Shown here: positions 55,248 through 64,000 of the stretch, in pieces
How positions within the stretch are numbered: position 1 is the first letter of the stretch
How the letters are laid out: every line of letters starts with the position of its first letter
Source: Candidatus Palauibacter ramosifaciens
GTDB lineage: Bacteria > Gemmatimonadota > Gemmatimonadetes > Palauibacterales > Palauibacteraceae
Assembly: GCA_009845855.1 (NCBI GenBank)
Contig: VXYT01000105.1
Location: forward strand, 944-64,943
Direction: 5' to 3'
DNA length: 64,000 bases
Notes under the pieces: generated by a model
The model's database searches: none
What the model saw: only the letters and a program-made list of their open reading frames with translations
What the model was told of the DNA's origin: nothing
Made by a program: the position numbers and the translations under genes

Positions 55248-55616
55248 TGGAGGCGGCGGGAATCGAACCCGCGTCCGCGAGCCCATCCGCCACGGCATCT
55301 ACGTGCGTAGTCCGTGATCGAGTCTCGTCCCGCAAGGGTTCACGAACAACCCCTTGCGAAACCAGCCGCGTACACGGCTCTCGCCATGCTCTCGCCACCC
55401 GCGGCTCACGGCACGCCGGGATGACCAGCCCGATTCATCGACGTCCATCGGGAGGTCCTCGGGCCCGGACCTCTCGGGGACGGGCTACGCGATTTTACGC
55501 AGCCAGAGCCAAACCATCGTTGGCACCTGAAGATTCCCCGGTGTTTAACGAGGCCCCGGGCACCTCGGCACGCTTCCGCGGCTTCCGGTTCACGCGTCGA
55601 AGCCGTGTCGCCCCCC
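55248..55616 (-). ncRNA. ssrA: tmRNA (ssrA)
   Basis: 5' end GGGGGCGACACGGCUUCGACGCGUG...GUGCCGAGG. 3' end has T-arm GGUUCGAUUCCCGCCGCCUCCA. Internal tag reading frame GCC AAC GAU GGU UUG GCU CUG GCU GCG UAA gives ANDGLALAA*. Confidence 0.8.
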
Positions 55617-55694
55617 TGATACTCGCAAAGGCTACCCCACACGGTCGTTTATCCCGTCGTGCGGCGCAAGTTCCGGGAGCGGCTCCGGAGATTC

Positions 55695-55724
55695 TTTGAC
55701 AGCCGGAAACCGGCACGGGTATAC
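55695..55724 (+). promoter_or_regulatory. sigma70-like promoter upstream of ptsN
   Basis: TTGACA (55695-55700), 18-nt spacer, TATACT (55719-55724); ~85 nt upstream of the ptsN ATG. Confidence 0.45.
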
Positions 55725-55807
55725 TCGGAGTTTGCCGGGTCCGGCAGCGCCGGCACCCGTTGATTCGATATGCGCCCCGCGCTCGCGGGGAGGAGACATA
55801 GATCCAA

Positions 55808-56260
55808 GTGCAGCTTCGAGAATTTTTCGTCCCGTCCGCCATCAAGCTCGACCTGGCGGCCGAGACGAAGGATGAGGCCCTGAAGGAACTCGTGTCGTGT
55901 ATGGGTCTCGACGGAAAGTCCGAAGGAATCCTCTACAAGATGTTGAAGCGGCGGGAGAATCTCGGTTCGACCGGGATCGGCCGCGGCATCGCGATCCCGC
56001 ACTGCCGTTCGCTCGTCGTGACCCGGTTGAGGGTCGCGTTCGGCCGCAAGCTCTCGGGTCTGGATTTCAAGGCGATCGACGAGAAACCCGTGCGGTACGT
56101 CTTCCTCATCGTCGCGCCGCCGCTGGAGGTCTCGAACCAGTATCTCCCCGTGCTGGGCAAGATTGCGCAATTCGGCAAGGAGGCCGACGTGCCGGAATTG
56201 CTCGCGGAGATATCGAGCCCCGAACAGTTCATCGAGTTGCTCGATGCGAAGGATCTCTAG
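55808..56260 (+). CDS. ptsN: PTS EIIA(Ntr)-type nitrogen regulatory protein
   Basis: Fructose/mannitol-type EIIA fold with the phosphorylatable His motif GIAIPHCRS. Confidence 0.75.
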   Translation: MQLREFFVPSAIKLDLAAETKDEALKELVSCMGLDGKSEGILYKMLKRRENLGSTGIGRGIAIPHCRSLVVTRLRVAFGRKLSGLDFKAIDEKPVRYVFLIVAPPLEVSNQYLPVLGKIAQFGKEADVPELLAEISSPEQFIELLDAKDL

Positions 56261-56616
56261 TGGACCAGCAACTCGAACTACTCCTTGAGATCCAGGACCT
56301 GCGGATGCAGCGTCGAGGTCTCACGGACGGCACGCTGACCGACCTCGAGGCGGAGGTCTTCGACATCAAGATCGAAGACGCGATCCAATCGCTCGACGAG
56401 AAAGTCGAGCAACTCGCGCAGAAGCTGACGCGTGGGGTCCGGGAGCGCTATCGCCGCATCGCCGACAAGGCGCCGCGCGTCGTCGCACCGGTCATCAACG
56501 GCATCTGCTACGGCTGCTTCGTGGCGGTTTCCACGGCCCGCGCCTCCGAGGCGGATCGAAATCTCCGCGTCGAATCGTGCGAGTACTGCGGCTGCTTCCT
56601 CTACCACGTCGGCTGA
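56260..56616 (+). CDS. coiled-coil zinc-ribbon protein
   Basis: GTG overlaps the ptsN TAG; coiled-coil N-terminus and C-terminal CYGCFVAV...CEYCGCF zinc ribbon. Confidence 0.5.
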   Translation: MDQQLELLLEIQDLRMQRRGLTDGTLTDLEAEVFDIKIEDAIQSLDEKVEQLAQKLTRGVRERYRRIADKAPRVVAPVINGICYGCFVAVSTARASEADRNLRVESCEYCGCFLYHVG

Positions 56617-56626
56617 ACCTGGACGG

Positions 56627-58546
56627 CTAGCCGGGGGGGCGGGCGAGGACCCTCCCTTCCACGGTTCGTCGGGTCACGCCTTCCCGGTCGAGGTATTCGA
56701 GGAGCGGAATCAGGTATTTGCGGGAGAGCCCGAACGCTTCCTTGAATCGCGCGGGAGGGGCCGGGACGCCGTCGGCGAGAAGCTCTCTCGCTCGCGCCTC
56801 CACCTTCTCCAGCGCCCCGACGGCGACGTGCAGCTCGGGCGTGACGGCCTTCGTCGCGCCGGCTTCCTGCAGCAGCCGGAGGAGGTCGTCGAGCACGGCG
56901 CGGTCCAGGCGCAACTTCTTTCCCAGTTCCGCGACGAGCGGCGGCTGCAGTCCGGCAGCTGCTATCGTCTCGGCGAGTTGCGCACGTCCCTCCTCCTCGC
57001 GCGGCGTGAGGCGGGGCGCGTGGCCCGGAAGGGCGAGTCGCGGCCCACTCTCGAGGAGGCGACCGTCGGCCAGGAGTCGGCCGACGGCGGTCTCCGCCAG
57101 TTCGAGGTCGCAGACGCGCACCATCGCCGAGCGCACGGCCTCTTTCGACACGCCCGGGGCGCGGCGGTCGGCGGCGTGTAGGCGGGCCATGCAGGCCTCC
57201 ACGGCCTCCATTGCCTCGGCTACCGCGTCGGCAGCGAACCAGCGGTCCCCAATGCGCACGCACTCCGCCTCCTCGGCGGCCGCCTCGAGCGTGGGGTCGC
57301 GCCGCCCGAGGATGATCGATGATGTCGCGACGGGGAGCCCGCGCAGTCCCTCAAGCGTCACGGCGGCCGCGAGCGCCTCCGCCGGGGCGCCGTCGAGAAT
57401 CCGCCGCCAGGCTGCCGTCCGCGCGGGCCAGTCGGGCGGCGGGTCCGGTTCCGCCACGCGGATCCCGCCGATCGTCGTCACCGGCGAGTAGAATCGAAGG
57501 ATGGCCCGATCGCGGGTCCGGGCGAGGAGCGGCGCCTCGAGGGCAAGCACCGCCCAGGCCGTCGCTCCAGGTGCGACGGGCTGGCGACCGGCCGTTTGAA
57601 GTCGGGCCATGACTTCACGGGTGCCGAGGTAGACTCTGAGACGCTGTCCATGGCGGAGGGGTCGGTCGCGGCTCCCGAGCGCTCGTACCCGGACGCCGAG
57701 ACGCTCGCTCGACCTCCACTCGGACGGGTCCACGAGCACGCTCCCCCGCTCCACCCCCGCCGGCGCGACGCCGACGAGCGCGACGGCGCACCGGCGGCCG
57801 GCGGTGACGCGACGACGAGGGTCTTCATGCACCTGAAGTGCGCGCACCCGGGCCGAGCCGCCATCGGGGAAGACGCGCACAGTGTCGCCCACGCTGACGG
57901 ACCCGCTCCACACGGTGCCGGTCACGACGGTCCCCGTGCCCCGGATCGAGAAGGATCGGTCGACCGGGAGCCGGAAGCGGTCGTCGATGCTGCGCGCGCG
58001 GATCCCCGCCGCCAACCTGCGGAGCGAAGCCCGCAGCGGTGCGATTCCGTCTCCCGTGACGGCGGAAACCGGCACGATCTCCCACGACGCCCGGGCGGGG
58101 TCCTCGTCCAGCAGTTCCCGGGTGGTCTCGCTCGCGAGGTCGAGCCAGTCCCCATCCACGCGGTCGCTCTTCGTGAGCGCGACAACCCCTCGCCGGATAT
58201 TCAGAAGCCGCGCGATCGCGAGGTGCTCGTGCGTCTGCGGCATCGGACCCTCGTCCGCCGCGACGACGAGGAGGAGGACATCGATGCCGGTGGCCCCGGC
58301 AAGCATGTTCTTGAGAAAGTCCTCGTGCCCAGGGACGTCCACAATCCCCGTCTCCAGGTCTGGATCGAGGTCGAGCCGGGCGAACCCCAGGTCTATCGTC
58401 AGCCCCCGCTTCCGCTCCTCCACCCAGCGGTCCGTCTCGACCCCAGTCAACGCCCGCACAAGGGCGGTCTTGCCGTGATCCACGTGGCCCGCCGTCCCGA
58501 TCACGATCCCGCGCCGATCTCTCGCGTCCCCCCTCACCGTAGGCAC
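56627..58546 (-). CDS. selB: selenocysteine-specific elongation factor
   Basis: GTAGHVDHGKT P-loop, EF-Tu-like domains, long winged-helix C-terminal extension; 639 aa. Confidence 0.85.
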   Translation of the reverse strand: MPTVRGDARDRRGIVIGTAGHVDHGKTALVRALTGVETDRWVEERKRGLTIDLGFARLDLDPDLETGIVDVPGHEDFLKNMLAGATGIDVLLLVVAADEGPMPQTHEHLAIARLLNIRRGVVALTKSDRVDGDWLDLASETTRELLDEDPARASWEIVPVSAVTGDGIAPLRASLRRLAAGIRARSIDDRFRLPVDRSFSIRGTGTVVTGTVWSGSVSVGDTVRVFPDGGSARVRALQVHEDPRRRVTAGRRCAVALVGVAPAGVERGSVLVDPSEWRSSERLGVRVRALGSRDRPLRHGQRLRVYLGTREVMARLQTAGRQPVAPGATAWAVLALEAPLLARTRDRAILRFYSPVTTIGGIRVAEPDPPPDWPARTAAWRRILDGAPAEALAAAVTLEGLRGLPVATSSIILGRRDPTLEAAAEEAECVRIGDRWFAADAVAEAMEAVEACMARLHAADRRAPGVSKEAVRSAMVRVCDLELAETAVGRLLADGRLLESGPRLALPGHAPRLTPREEEGRAQLAETIAAAGLQPPLVAELGKKLRLDRAVLDDLLRLLQEAGATKAVTPELHVAVGALEKVEARARELLADGVPAPPARFKEAFGLSRKYLIPLLEYLDREGVTRRTVEGRVLARPPG

Positions 58547-58567
58547 ACCCGGTCCTTCACGGGCCCT

Positions 58568-59290
58568 TCAGCCCAGCCGACTCAGAAAAGGCAGGGACTT
58601 CAACTGTGCCCCCTCCGCCACGTGGTGCCGGATGAACTCGGCCAGCCAGCGGCCTTGACGCCCGTTCCCACCGCTCCGTTCCGCTGCCCCGCCGGACACG
58701 AGGATCCGAAGGGCATCGAGCTCTTCCCGATCGAGTTCGGGCCCGATCGGACCGCAAGAGCCGCAGCGAAGCCCGCCTGCCTCGAAGTCGAAGCGCGCGC
58801 GCGTCGTCCCGATGGGGTTCCGGCAACCGACGCAACGTTCGATCTCCGGGCGGAACCCCAGAGCGTTGACCACGCCCCACACGTACTCGAGCCCGCCTGC
58901 CGACGCCCTCTCCCGGACGCGGCCGTGGAGCCCGTCGAGACCCTCCGTCAGCGTTCGGAACAGCTCCGCATCGCTGTGTTCCGGGGCGAGGCGCATGACG
59001 AGTTCGCAGAGGACGGAGGCGATCGTGAATAGCTCGATCGAACGGTCGAGTCCTCGCCGGTCCCGGATGAGTTCGAAGTTGGAGAGGGTATGCAGATCGC
59101 GTCCCTCTCGGCTGTAGAATGTCGCATCCCCTTCGACGAAGGGTTCCAGCAGTCCGCCGAAGCGGCTTCGAGGGCGCAGGGCCCCGCGGGCGACCGCGGA
59201 GCAGGGGCCGAGTTCCCACGTCATCAGGCGCAGGATCTTGCTGGTTTCGCTGTACCGGTACGTCTGGAGGACCACTGCCCGGGTCGTTAC
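58568..59290 (-). CDS. recO: DNA repair protein RecO
   Basis: OB-fold N-terminus and RecO zinc-binding motif CVGCRNP...CGSCGP. Start uncertain (GTG/CTG near 59290-59362). Confidence 0.7.
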   Translation of the reverse strand, partial: VTTRAVVLQTYRYSETSKILRLMTWELGPCSAVARGALRPRSRFGGLLEPFVEGDATFYSREGRDLHTLSNFELIRDRRGLDRSIELFTIASVLCELVMRLAPEHSDAELFRTLTEGLDGLHGRVRERASAGGLEYVWGVVNALGFRPEIERCVGCRNPIGTTRARFDFEAGGLRCGSCGPIGPELDREELDALRILVSGGAAERSGGNGRQGRWLAEFIRHHVAEGAQLKSLPFLSRLG

Positions 59291-59369
59291 GAGTCCCAAT
59301 CGCCCCCCTGGTGCCGTGGCAAGACCCTGCGTCCGCGCCGGGGGCGGTGAGGCGCTCGCCCGGACGCGG

Positions 59370-60509
59370 TCAGTTGGGATGACGAAGCAGGATATCGGTT
59401 GTTCCCGCACCGATCGGCGTCTCGTGGATGAACTCGCCCTCCGCCGAGAGGAGAACGAGACGTCCCGGGCCCGCGGTCACGTAGGTGGCGCAGAGGATCT
59501 GGCCATCGAGAAACCCGGCCGCGACCCGGCAGCTGAGGTTGGAGCCGTCGCGGTCTCGCGGCTGGATCGGGTTTTCCGGCCCGTTCACCCATTCGCGAAC
59601 CGCAAAGCTGAACCTCAGCACATCCGTTTCCGTCGCTCCGCCGCCCTTCGTCCGCACGACGTAGACGAGCCCGTCCCTCCCGCCTTCCATTGAGATTCCG
59701 TTTCCGCCGAGGGTGTTCACGTCCTGTATGCTCCGGGCCAACATGTCGATCTCGAGGAGATTCCCGCCCTCCAGCGAATCGGAGGTCACCGGATCGACTC
59801 CCCCGCCCGCCAGCAGGAGCATGTTGCCTTCGAGCACGATGGCCTCGGTGACGCCGATCATGCCTTCCGGGAGCCTCAGTTCGTCAAGGTAGTTGCCGGT
59901 GGCGAACTCGTGCAGGACGACGCGGGGCGGGCCGAGGGGTGCTCGTCCGCCGTCCTCGTCGTCGAGGTTGCCATCGACGGAGACGAGGAGCTGCCCCGCC
60001 GGGATTACCCTCTCCACGAAGGTGCCGACAGCCTCGACGGCGAGCTGCGCCATGGGAGTGCCCGGGAAGGCCGCGTACACCGCGTCCACGGCCCGGGCGG
60101 GAATGAGCGCGCCCACCGCACCGCCGACATCGAAGACCACGGTGGGTTTACCGGGGTCCACGATGGCGTTGTTCGGGAAAACGGCCGTCGTCCGTTCGTC
60201 CGTGGAGAAGGACCCGAACAGGACCTTGCTTCCCTCCGGAGCGTCCCACGCCGTCACCCAGAGATCATGGATGAAATCCGCCGTCTGTCCCCTGAAATCC
60301 GCCCCCAACTGGATATCGCGACCGAATGGGACGATCTCGCCATCGATCCGGTTGAATTGCTGCAGGGTCCCGGAGATCGAGTTGAGAACGGCGAATTCCG
60401 AGCGGTCGGGACGCGCCACGCCGGGGCCATCCGGTCCCATCCCGTTCGAACCGCCACACCCGGCGAGGACCGCCAGCGCCCCAATCCGTATCCAGCTATG
60501 TGTCCGCAT
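59370..60509 (-). CDS. lipoprotein of unknown function
   Basis: Lipobox LAGC after MRTHSWIRIGALAV; Gly/Asp-rich, beta-rich sequence. Confidence 0.45.
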   Translation of the reverse strand: MRTHSWIRIGALAVLAGCGGSNGMGPDGPGVARPDRSEFAVLNSISGTLQQFNRIDGEIVPFGRDIQLGADFRGQTADFIHDLWVTAWDAPEGSKVLFGSFSTDERTTAVFPNNAIVDPGKPTVVFDVGGAVGALIPARAVDAVYAAFPGTPMAQLAVEAVGTFVERVIPAGQLLVSVDGNLDDEDGGRAPLGPPRVVLHEFATGNYLDELRLPEGMIGVTEAIVLEGNMLLLAGGGVDPVTSDSLEGGNLLEIDMLARSIQDVNTLGGNGISMEGGRDGLVYVVRTKGGGATETDVLRFSFAVREWVNGPENPIQPRDRDGSNLSCRVAAGFLDGQILCATYVTAGPGRLVLLSAEGEFIHETPIGAGTTDILLRHPN

Positions 60510-60761
60510 GTTCCGCTCCTCTGATGCCCAACCCTGTGCGGCCCGCGACCGGTCGCCGACCGGGAGCCACCAGCGTCCCGGCGGTGGGTGCGTCACGGCA
60601 AGGTCCGCCTGCAGGTCGTGACCGGCAAGCGGATGCCACCCCACCCCTTCGGATCCCGTGAGCTTCCGCCAGAATAACGTTTAGATGGCAACGATCGGCG
60701 ACGCCGCGCCCCTCGCCGCCTCCGGCCGACAGGCAGGAAACGGCCCTCTGTGTCGCATCCG

Positions 60762-61301
60762 TCAGGGCTCGAAGCGGCCGAAATCCTCCGGGTCCAATCC
60801 TTTGAGGTAGTCGCTCAGCGGCTCCTCGAGGGCCCGGGATGGCCCGGTCCCGGGAGACGGTGCTTCCCCATCGGCCACTCCCGTCTCCTCGACCTCGAAC
60901 GCGCTCGCATCGAGTAGACTCTCGGCCGCATGAATCGGAACGCCCGCTCGCAGCGCCAGCGCGATGCTGTCGCTGGGACGGGCGTCGATGGATATGAACT
61001 CGTCCTCTCGCTGGAACACGAGCGACGCGTAGTAGGTGTTGTCGACGACCTTCGTGATAAGTACGCGAACGAAGGTGCTGTCGAGTCCGCGCACCACGGC
61101 GTTGAAGAGATCGTGCGTGAGGGGACGCGTGAACTGGACTCCGGCAAGTTCCATCGCGATGGCCGAGGCCTCGCCGGGTCCGATCCAGATCGGGAGGAAG
61201 CGCTCGCCGTCCTTCTCCTTGAGTATGACGACGGGAGCGCCCGTCGTCTTGTCGAGTCCGAGGCTGGCCACCGCGACCTCCCGCATCCGGGACTCCGTCA
61301 T
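60762..61301 (-). CDS. bifunctional nuclease (BFN/DUF151) family protein
   Basis: PVVILKEKDGERFLPIWIGPGEASAIA...RPLTHDL matches the BFN domain. Confidence 0.6.
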   Translation of the reverse strand: MTESRMREVAVASLGLDKTTGAPVVILKEKDGERFLPIWIGPGEASAIAMELAGVQFTRPLTHDLFNAVVRGLDSTFVRVLITKVVDNTYYASLVFQREDEFISIDARPSDSIALALRAGVPIHAAESLLDASAFEVEETGVADGEAPSPGTGPSRALEEPLSDYLKGLDPEDFGRFEP

Positions 61302-61337
61302 TCCAGCTCCCTCCCGGCGCTGCTCCAACGTCGACGG

Positions 61338-62480
61338 CTATCCGGCGAGGGCATCGGTCCGATCGGTTCTCTCCCACGTGAACGCGTCGCCTTCGGGCTC
61401 GCGGCCGAAATGCCCGTAGGCGGCGGTCCGGCGGTAGATCGGTTTCCGGAGCCCGAGCCGCTCGATGATCGCTCGCGGGCGAAGGTCGAAGACCTCCGTC
61501 ACCCGGCGGGCGAGTGCGTCATCCGGCCGGCGCCCGGTGCCGAAGGTGTCGACCATCACGCTGACCGGCTCGTCGACCCCGATGGCGTAGGCGAGCTGAA
61601 CCTCGGCCCGCCGCGCGAGTTCCGCCGCGACGAGGTTCTTGGCGATCCAGCGCGCCGCATACGCCGCCGAGCGGTCGACCTTCGACGGGTCCTTCCCGGA
61701 GAAGGCGCCGCCCCCGTGCCGGCCCACGCCCCCGTACGTGTCCACAATGATTTTCCGCCCGGTGAGGCCCGCATCGCCCTGCGGGCCGCCGATCTCGAAG
61801 CGACCCGTCGGGTTGATGTGGCACTGCGCCCGGTCTTCATCATAGAGCCGGTCGGGCAACACGGGACCGATGACCTCTTCGCGGATCGCCGCTTCGATCT
61901 CATCCTGCGCGATGTCGCCGTCGTGTTGGGCCGAGACGACCACCGTCGTGATCCGGGCCGGTTCGCCGTCCCGGTATTCGACCGATACCTGCGCCTTCCC
62001 GTCCGGCCGCAGCCAGGCGAGGCCGCCGGACCGCCGCACGTCGGCCAGGCGCTTCGCCAGCGCGTGCGCCAGCATGATGGGGAGCGGCATCAGCTCCGGC
62101 GTCTCATCGGTCGCGTATCCGAACATCATCCCCTGATCTCCGGCGCCGCCGACATCCACGCCCTGGGCGATGTTCTCCGACTGCTCGTCGATCGCTGTGA
62201 GCACGCTGCACGTGTCCCACCGGATTCCGTGCTCCGCACGCGTGTAACCGATGTCGCGCAGTACTCCCCGGGCGACGGCGGCGATGTCGATCCCGGCGAC
62301 CGTGGTGATTTCGCCGGTCACGAGGACGAGGCCCGTCGTCACGAGCGTCTCGCATGCGACGCGGCCCCCCTCGTCCTCCGCGAGGATGCGGTCGAGCACG
62401 GCGTCCGAGATCTGGTCCGCAATCTTGTCGGGGTGCCCCTCGGTCACGGATTCCGAGGAAAACGGTTGTATCCCCTTCAC
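61338..62480 (-). CDS. metK: S-adenosylmethionine synthetase
   Basis: [25 protein letters not shown] and [19 protein letters not shown] motifs. GTG start with GGAGA 9 nt upstream. Confidence 0.9.
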   Translation of the reverse strand: MKGIQPFSSESVTEGHPDKIADQISDAVLDRILAEDEGGRVACETLVTTGLVLVTGEITTVAGIDIAAVARGVLRDIGYTRAEHGIRWDTCSVLTAIDEQSENIAQGVDVGGAGDQGMMFGYATDETPELMPLPIMLAHALAKRLADVRRSGGLAWLRPDGKAQVSVEYRDGEPARITTVVVSAQHDGDIAQDEIEAAIREEVIGPVLPDRLYDEDRAQCHINPTGRFEIGGPQGDAGLTGRKIIVDTYGGVGRHGGGAFSGKDPSKVDRSAAYAARWIAKNLVAAELARRAEVQLAYAIGVDEPVSVMVDTFGTGRRPDDALARRVTEVFDLRPRAIIERLGLRKPIYRRTAAYGHFGREPEGDAFTWERTDRTDALAG

Positions 62481-62586
62481 GAGGCTGATTCTCCCACTTG
62501 GAGGTTCGCGGCGGAGCGCCGCAGGAGGCGTAGCGGCCAAGATAGTGGCCGCCCCGCCGGGCGGAGGCAACGTCGCCCCCGCAGGA

Positions 62587-64000
62587 TCAGGACATATACA
62601 GCGGCGACGGCTCGAGCGGAATCGCATCCTCCAGCCGCGCGAGGAGCTCCCCGGGCATCCCGGAGAGGGAGCCATGGCGGCCGACGCGGCTCCAGAGTTC
62701 CGACAGTTCCGCCACGGACAGGAGTCCCACGAGTTCCCTCACTTCAGGGATCGACGCGGGCGCGAGACTGAAATCGCGATAGCCGAGTGCGAGCAGGACG
62801 GCGAGCCCCAACGGTTCGGCGGCCAGGTCTCCGCAAACGCCGATGTCGAGGTCGAGCGCGCTGGCCGTGTTGAAGATCCGCTCATAGCTGCGGAGGAGCG
62901 CGGGGTGCATGGGGTTCGAGAGGTGTTGCAGCCGGGCGTTGCCGCGGTCCACGGCCAGGGAGTACTGCGTCAGGTCGTTGGTGCCGAGACTGACGAAGTC
63001 CAGGTGCCGCCCCACCAGATCGAGCGTGTCCGCCAGCGCGGGCGTCTCCACCATCACGCCGAAGGAGACCGGTTTCGTCTGACCCAGCTCGCGGCCGACC
63101 TCCGCCACGATTTCCTTCGTGCGCAGGATCTCGGTCTCGGAAATGACGAAGGGGACGAGGATCCGCATGCGGGCCTCCGGTCCGCCGGCCCGGATCGCGG
63201 CGCGCAACTGGTTGCGGAAGAGCTGCGGCCGGTCGAGGCAAACGCGGATGGCGCGCCAGCCCAGGTAAGGATTGTCCTCCGGAGGAACGTCGAGAAAGAG
63301 CGGGAACTTGTCGCCGCCGATGTCGAACGTCCGGAGCGTCACGGGCTGGTTCGGGAAGCCGTCCACGACCTCGCGGTAGGCTTCGTACTGCTCCTCCTCG
63401 CTTGGAATCACCCTCCGTCCGATGACGAGGAACTCGGACCGGAAGAGCCCGACTCCCTCGGCGCCCACGCGCCGAGCCGCCGGCACATCGTGCGGCTGAT
63501 CTATGTTCGCGCGAAGATGGACTCTCACCCCGTCCGCCGTGAGCAGAGGCGCGGGTTCGCTCGCAAGGTGCCCGGCGGGACTTGCGGACAGGCGGCGGAC
63601 CATCCGCAGGTGCGCGGCCTTCTCCGCCTCCGTAGGCTCGATCAGGACGCGACCGTTGCCCCCGTCGAGGAGAACGGTGGTTCCGTCCTCGATCTTCTCG
63701 AGGTCGGCGCCGAGTCCGACCACGGCCGGAATGCCCAGCGAGCGGGCGACCAGCGTGCTGTGCGAGGTCCGGGATCCGGATCCGCTCGCCACCCCGAGAA
63801 CGAGCTCCGGGTCGAGGCGCACCGCGAAGCTGGGCGTGAGGTCGTCGACGGCGATGAGCCCGGGCTCCCCGGGAAGCGCGAGCGGATCCTCCTCGCGCCC
63901 GGTGAGCCGCGCGAGGACGCGCGACCGGATGTCCCGCAGGTCGGCCAGCCGGTCGACGACCATGAAATGCCCCGCATCGATGATCGCCGTCCGAAGTTCG
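62587..64000 (-). CDS. ptsI: phosphoenolpyruvate-protein phosphotransferase (PTS enzyme I), 5'-truncated by window end
   Basis: PEP-utilising enzyme motifs [21 protein letters not shown] and C-terminal TIM-barrel motifs; the N-terminal ~110 aa lie beyond 64000. Confidence 0.8.
   Translation of the reverse strand, partial: ELRTAIIDAGHFMVVDRLADLRDIRSRVLARLTGREEDPLALPGEPGLIAVDDLTPSFAVRLDPELVLGVASGSGSRTSHSTLVARSLGIPAVVGLGADLEKIEDGTTVLLDGGNGRVLIEPTEAEKAAHLRMVRRLSASPAGHLASEPAPLLTADGVRVHLRANIDQPHDVPAARRVGAEGVGLFRSEFLVIGRRVIPSEEEQYEAYREVVDGFPNQPVTLRTFDIGGDKFPLFLDVPPEDNPYLGWRAIRVCLDRPQLFRNQLRAAIRAGGPEARMRILVPFVISETEILRTKEIVAEVGRELGQTKPVSFGVMVETPALADTLDLVGRHLDFVSLGTNDLTQYSLAVDRGNARLQHLSNPMHPALLRSYERIFNTASALDLDIGVCGDLAAEPLGLAVLLALGYRDFSLAPASIPEVRELVGLLSVAELSELWSRVGRHGSLSGMPGELLARLEDAIPLEPSPLYMS

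Noticed and set aside
1-64000. CRISPR arrays, IS elements/transposases, integrases, prophage genes, rRNA
   Set aside because: No direct-repeat/spacer periodicity, no transposase- or integrase-like ORFs, and no rRNA-like sequence were seen. The only mobile-element-like feature is the pair of short MITE-like repeats.

Overview
This is a roughly 70% GC bacterial chromosomal window with very few ATG starts; most genes begin GTG and overlap the upstream stop as GTGA or ATGA, so true starts often lie inside the ORF-track entries. LolB-like and LptE-like lipoproteins, MlaEFD and LpxH indicate a diderm organism.

Window start (+ strand): a TM2-domain protein, a HemQ-like coproheme decarboxylase, and a histidine-utilisation operon (hutH, a stand-alone glutamate formiminotransferase, hutU, hutI).

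The rest is mostly minus strand:
- A giant TLC/NTT-type transporter fused to HEAT repeats and a cNMP-binding domain, co-operonic with a response regulator, histidine kinase and a secreted protein.
- tRNA-Pro(UGG).
- A long respiratory supercluster: a PCP_red-like/USP protein, a radical SAM/SPASM enzyme, a CydA-like bd-family haem protein without CydB, three membrane-anchored c-type cytochromes, a cupredoxin lipoprotein, coxBACD, ctaB, small membrane proteins and rdgB.
- Upstream of that, an ApbC/ferredoxin/ABC-exporter/zinc-ribbon module sharing the same PCP_red-like motif.
- A 6-kb segment (hemC, acyl-CoA ligase, mntH, quinone oxidoreductase) bracketed by two inverted copies of a ~190-bp MITE-like repeat.
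- An Mrp-type cation/proton antiporter cluster with three tandem NuoL/N-like subunits.
- Outer-membrane lipoprotein and lipid genes (LptE-like, LolB-like, ybgC, lpxH, mlaEFD).
- greA, a tmRNA (tag ANDGLALAA) with its terminator, a sigma70-like promoter driving ptsN, selB, recO, metK and a partial ptsI.

The most novel-looking content is the PCP_red-like/radical-SAM/CydA-like/cytochrome c module and the TLC-HEAT-cNMP transporter operon.
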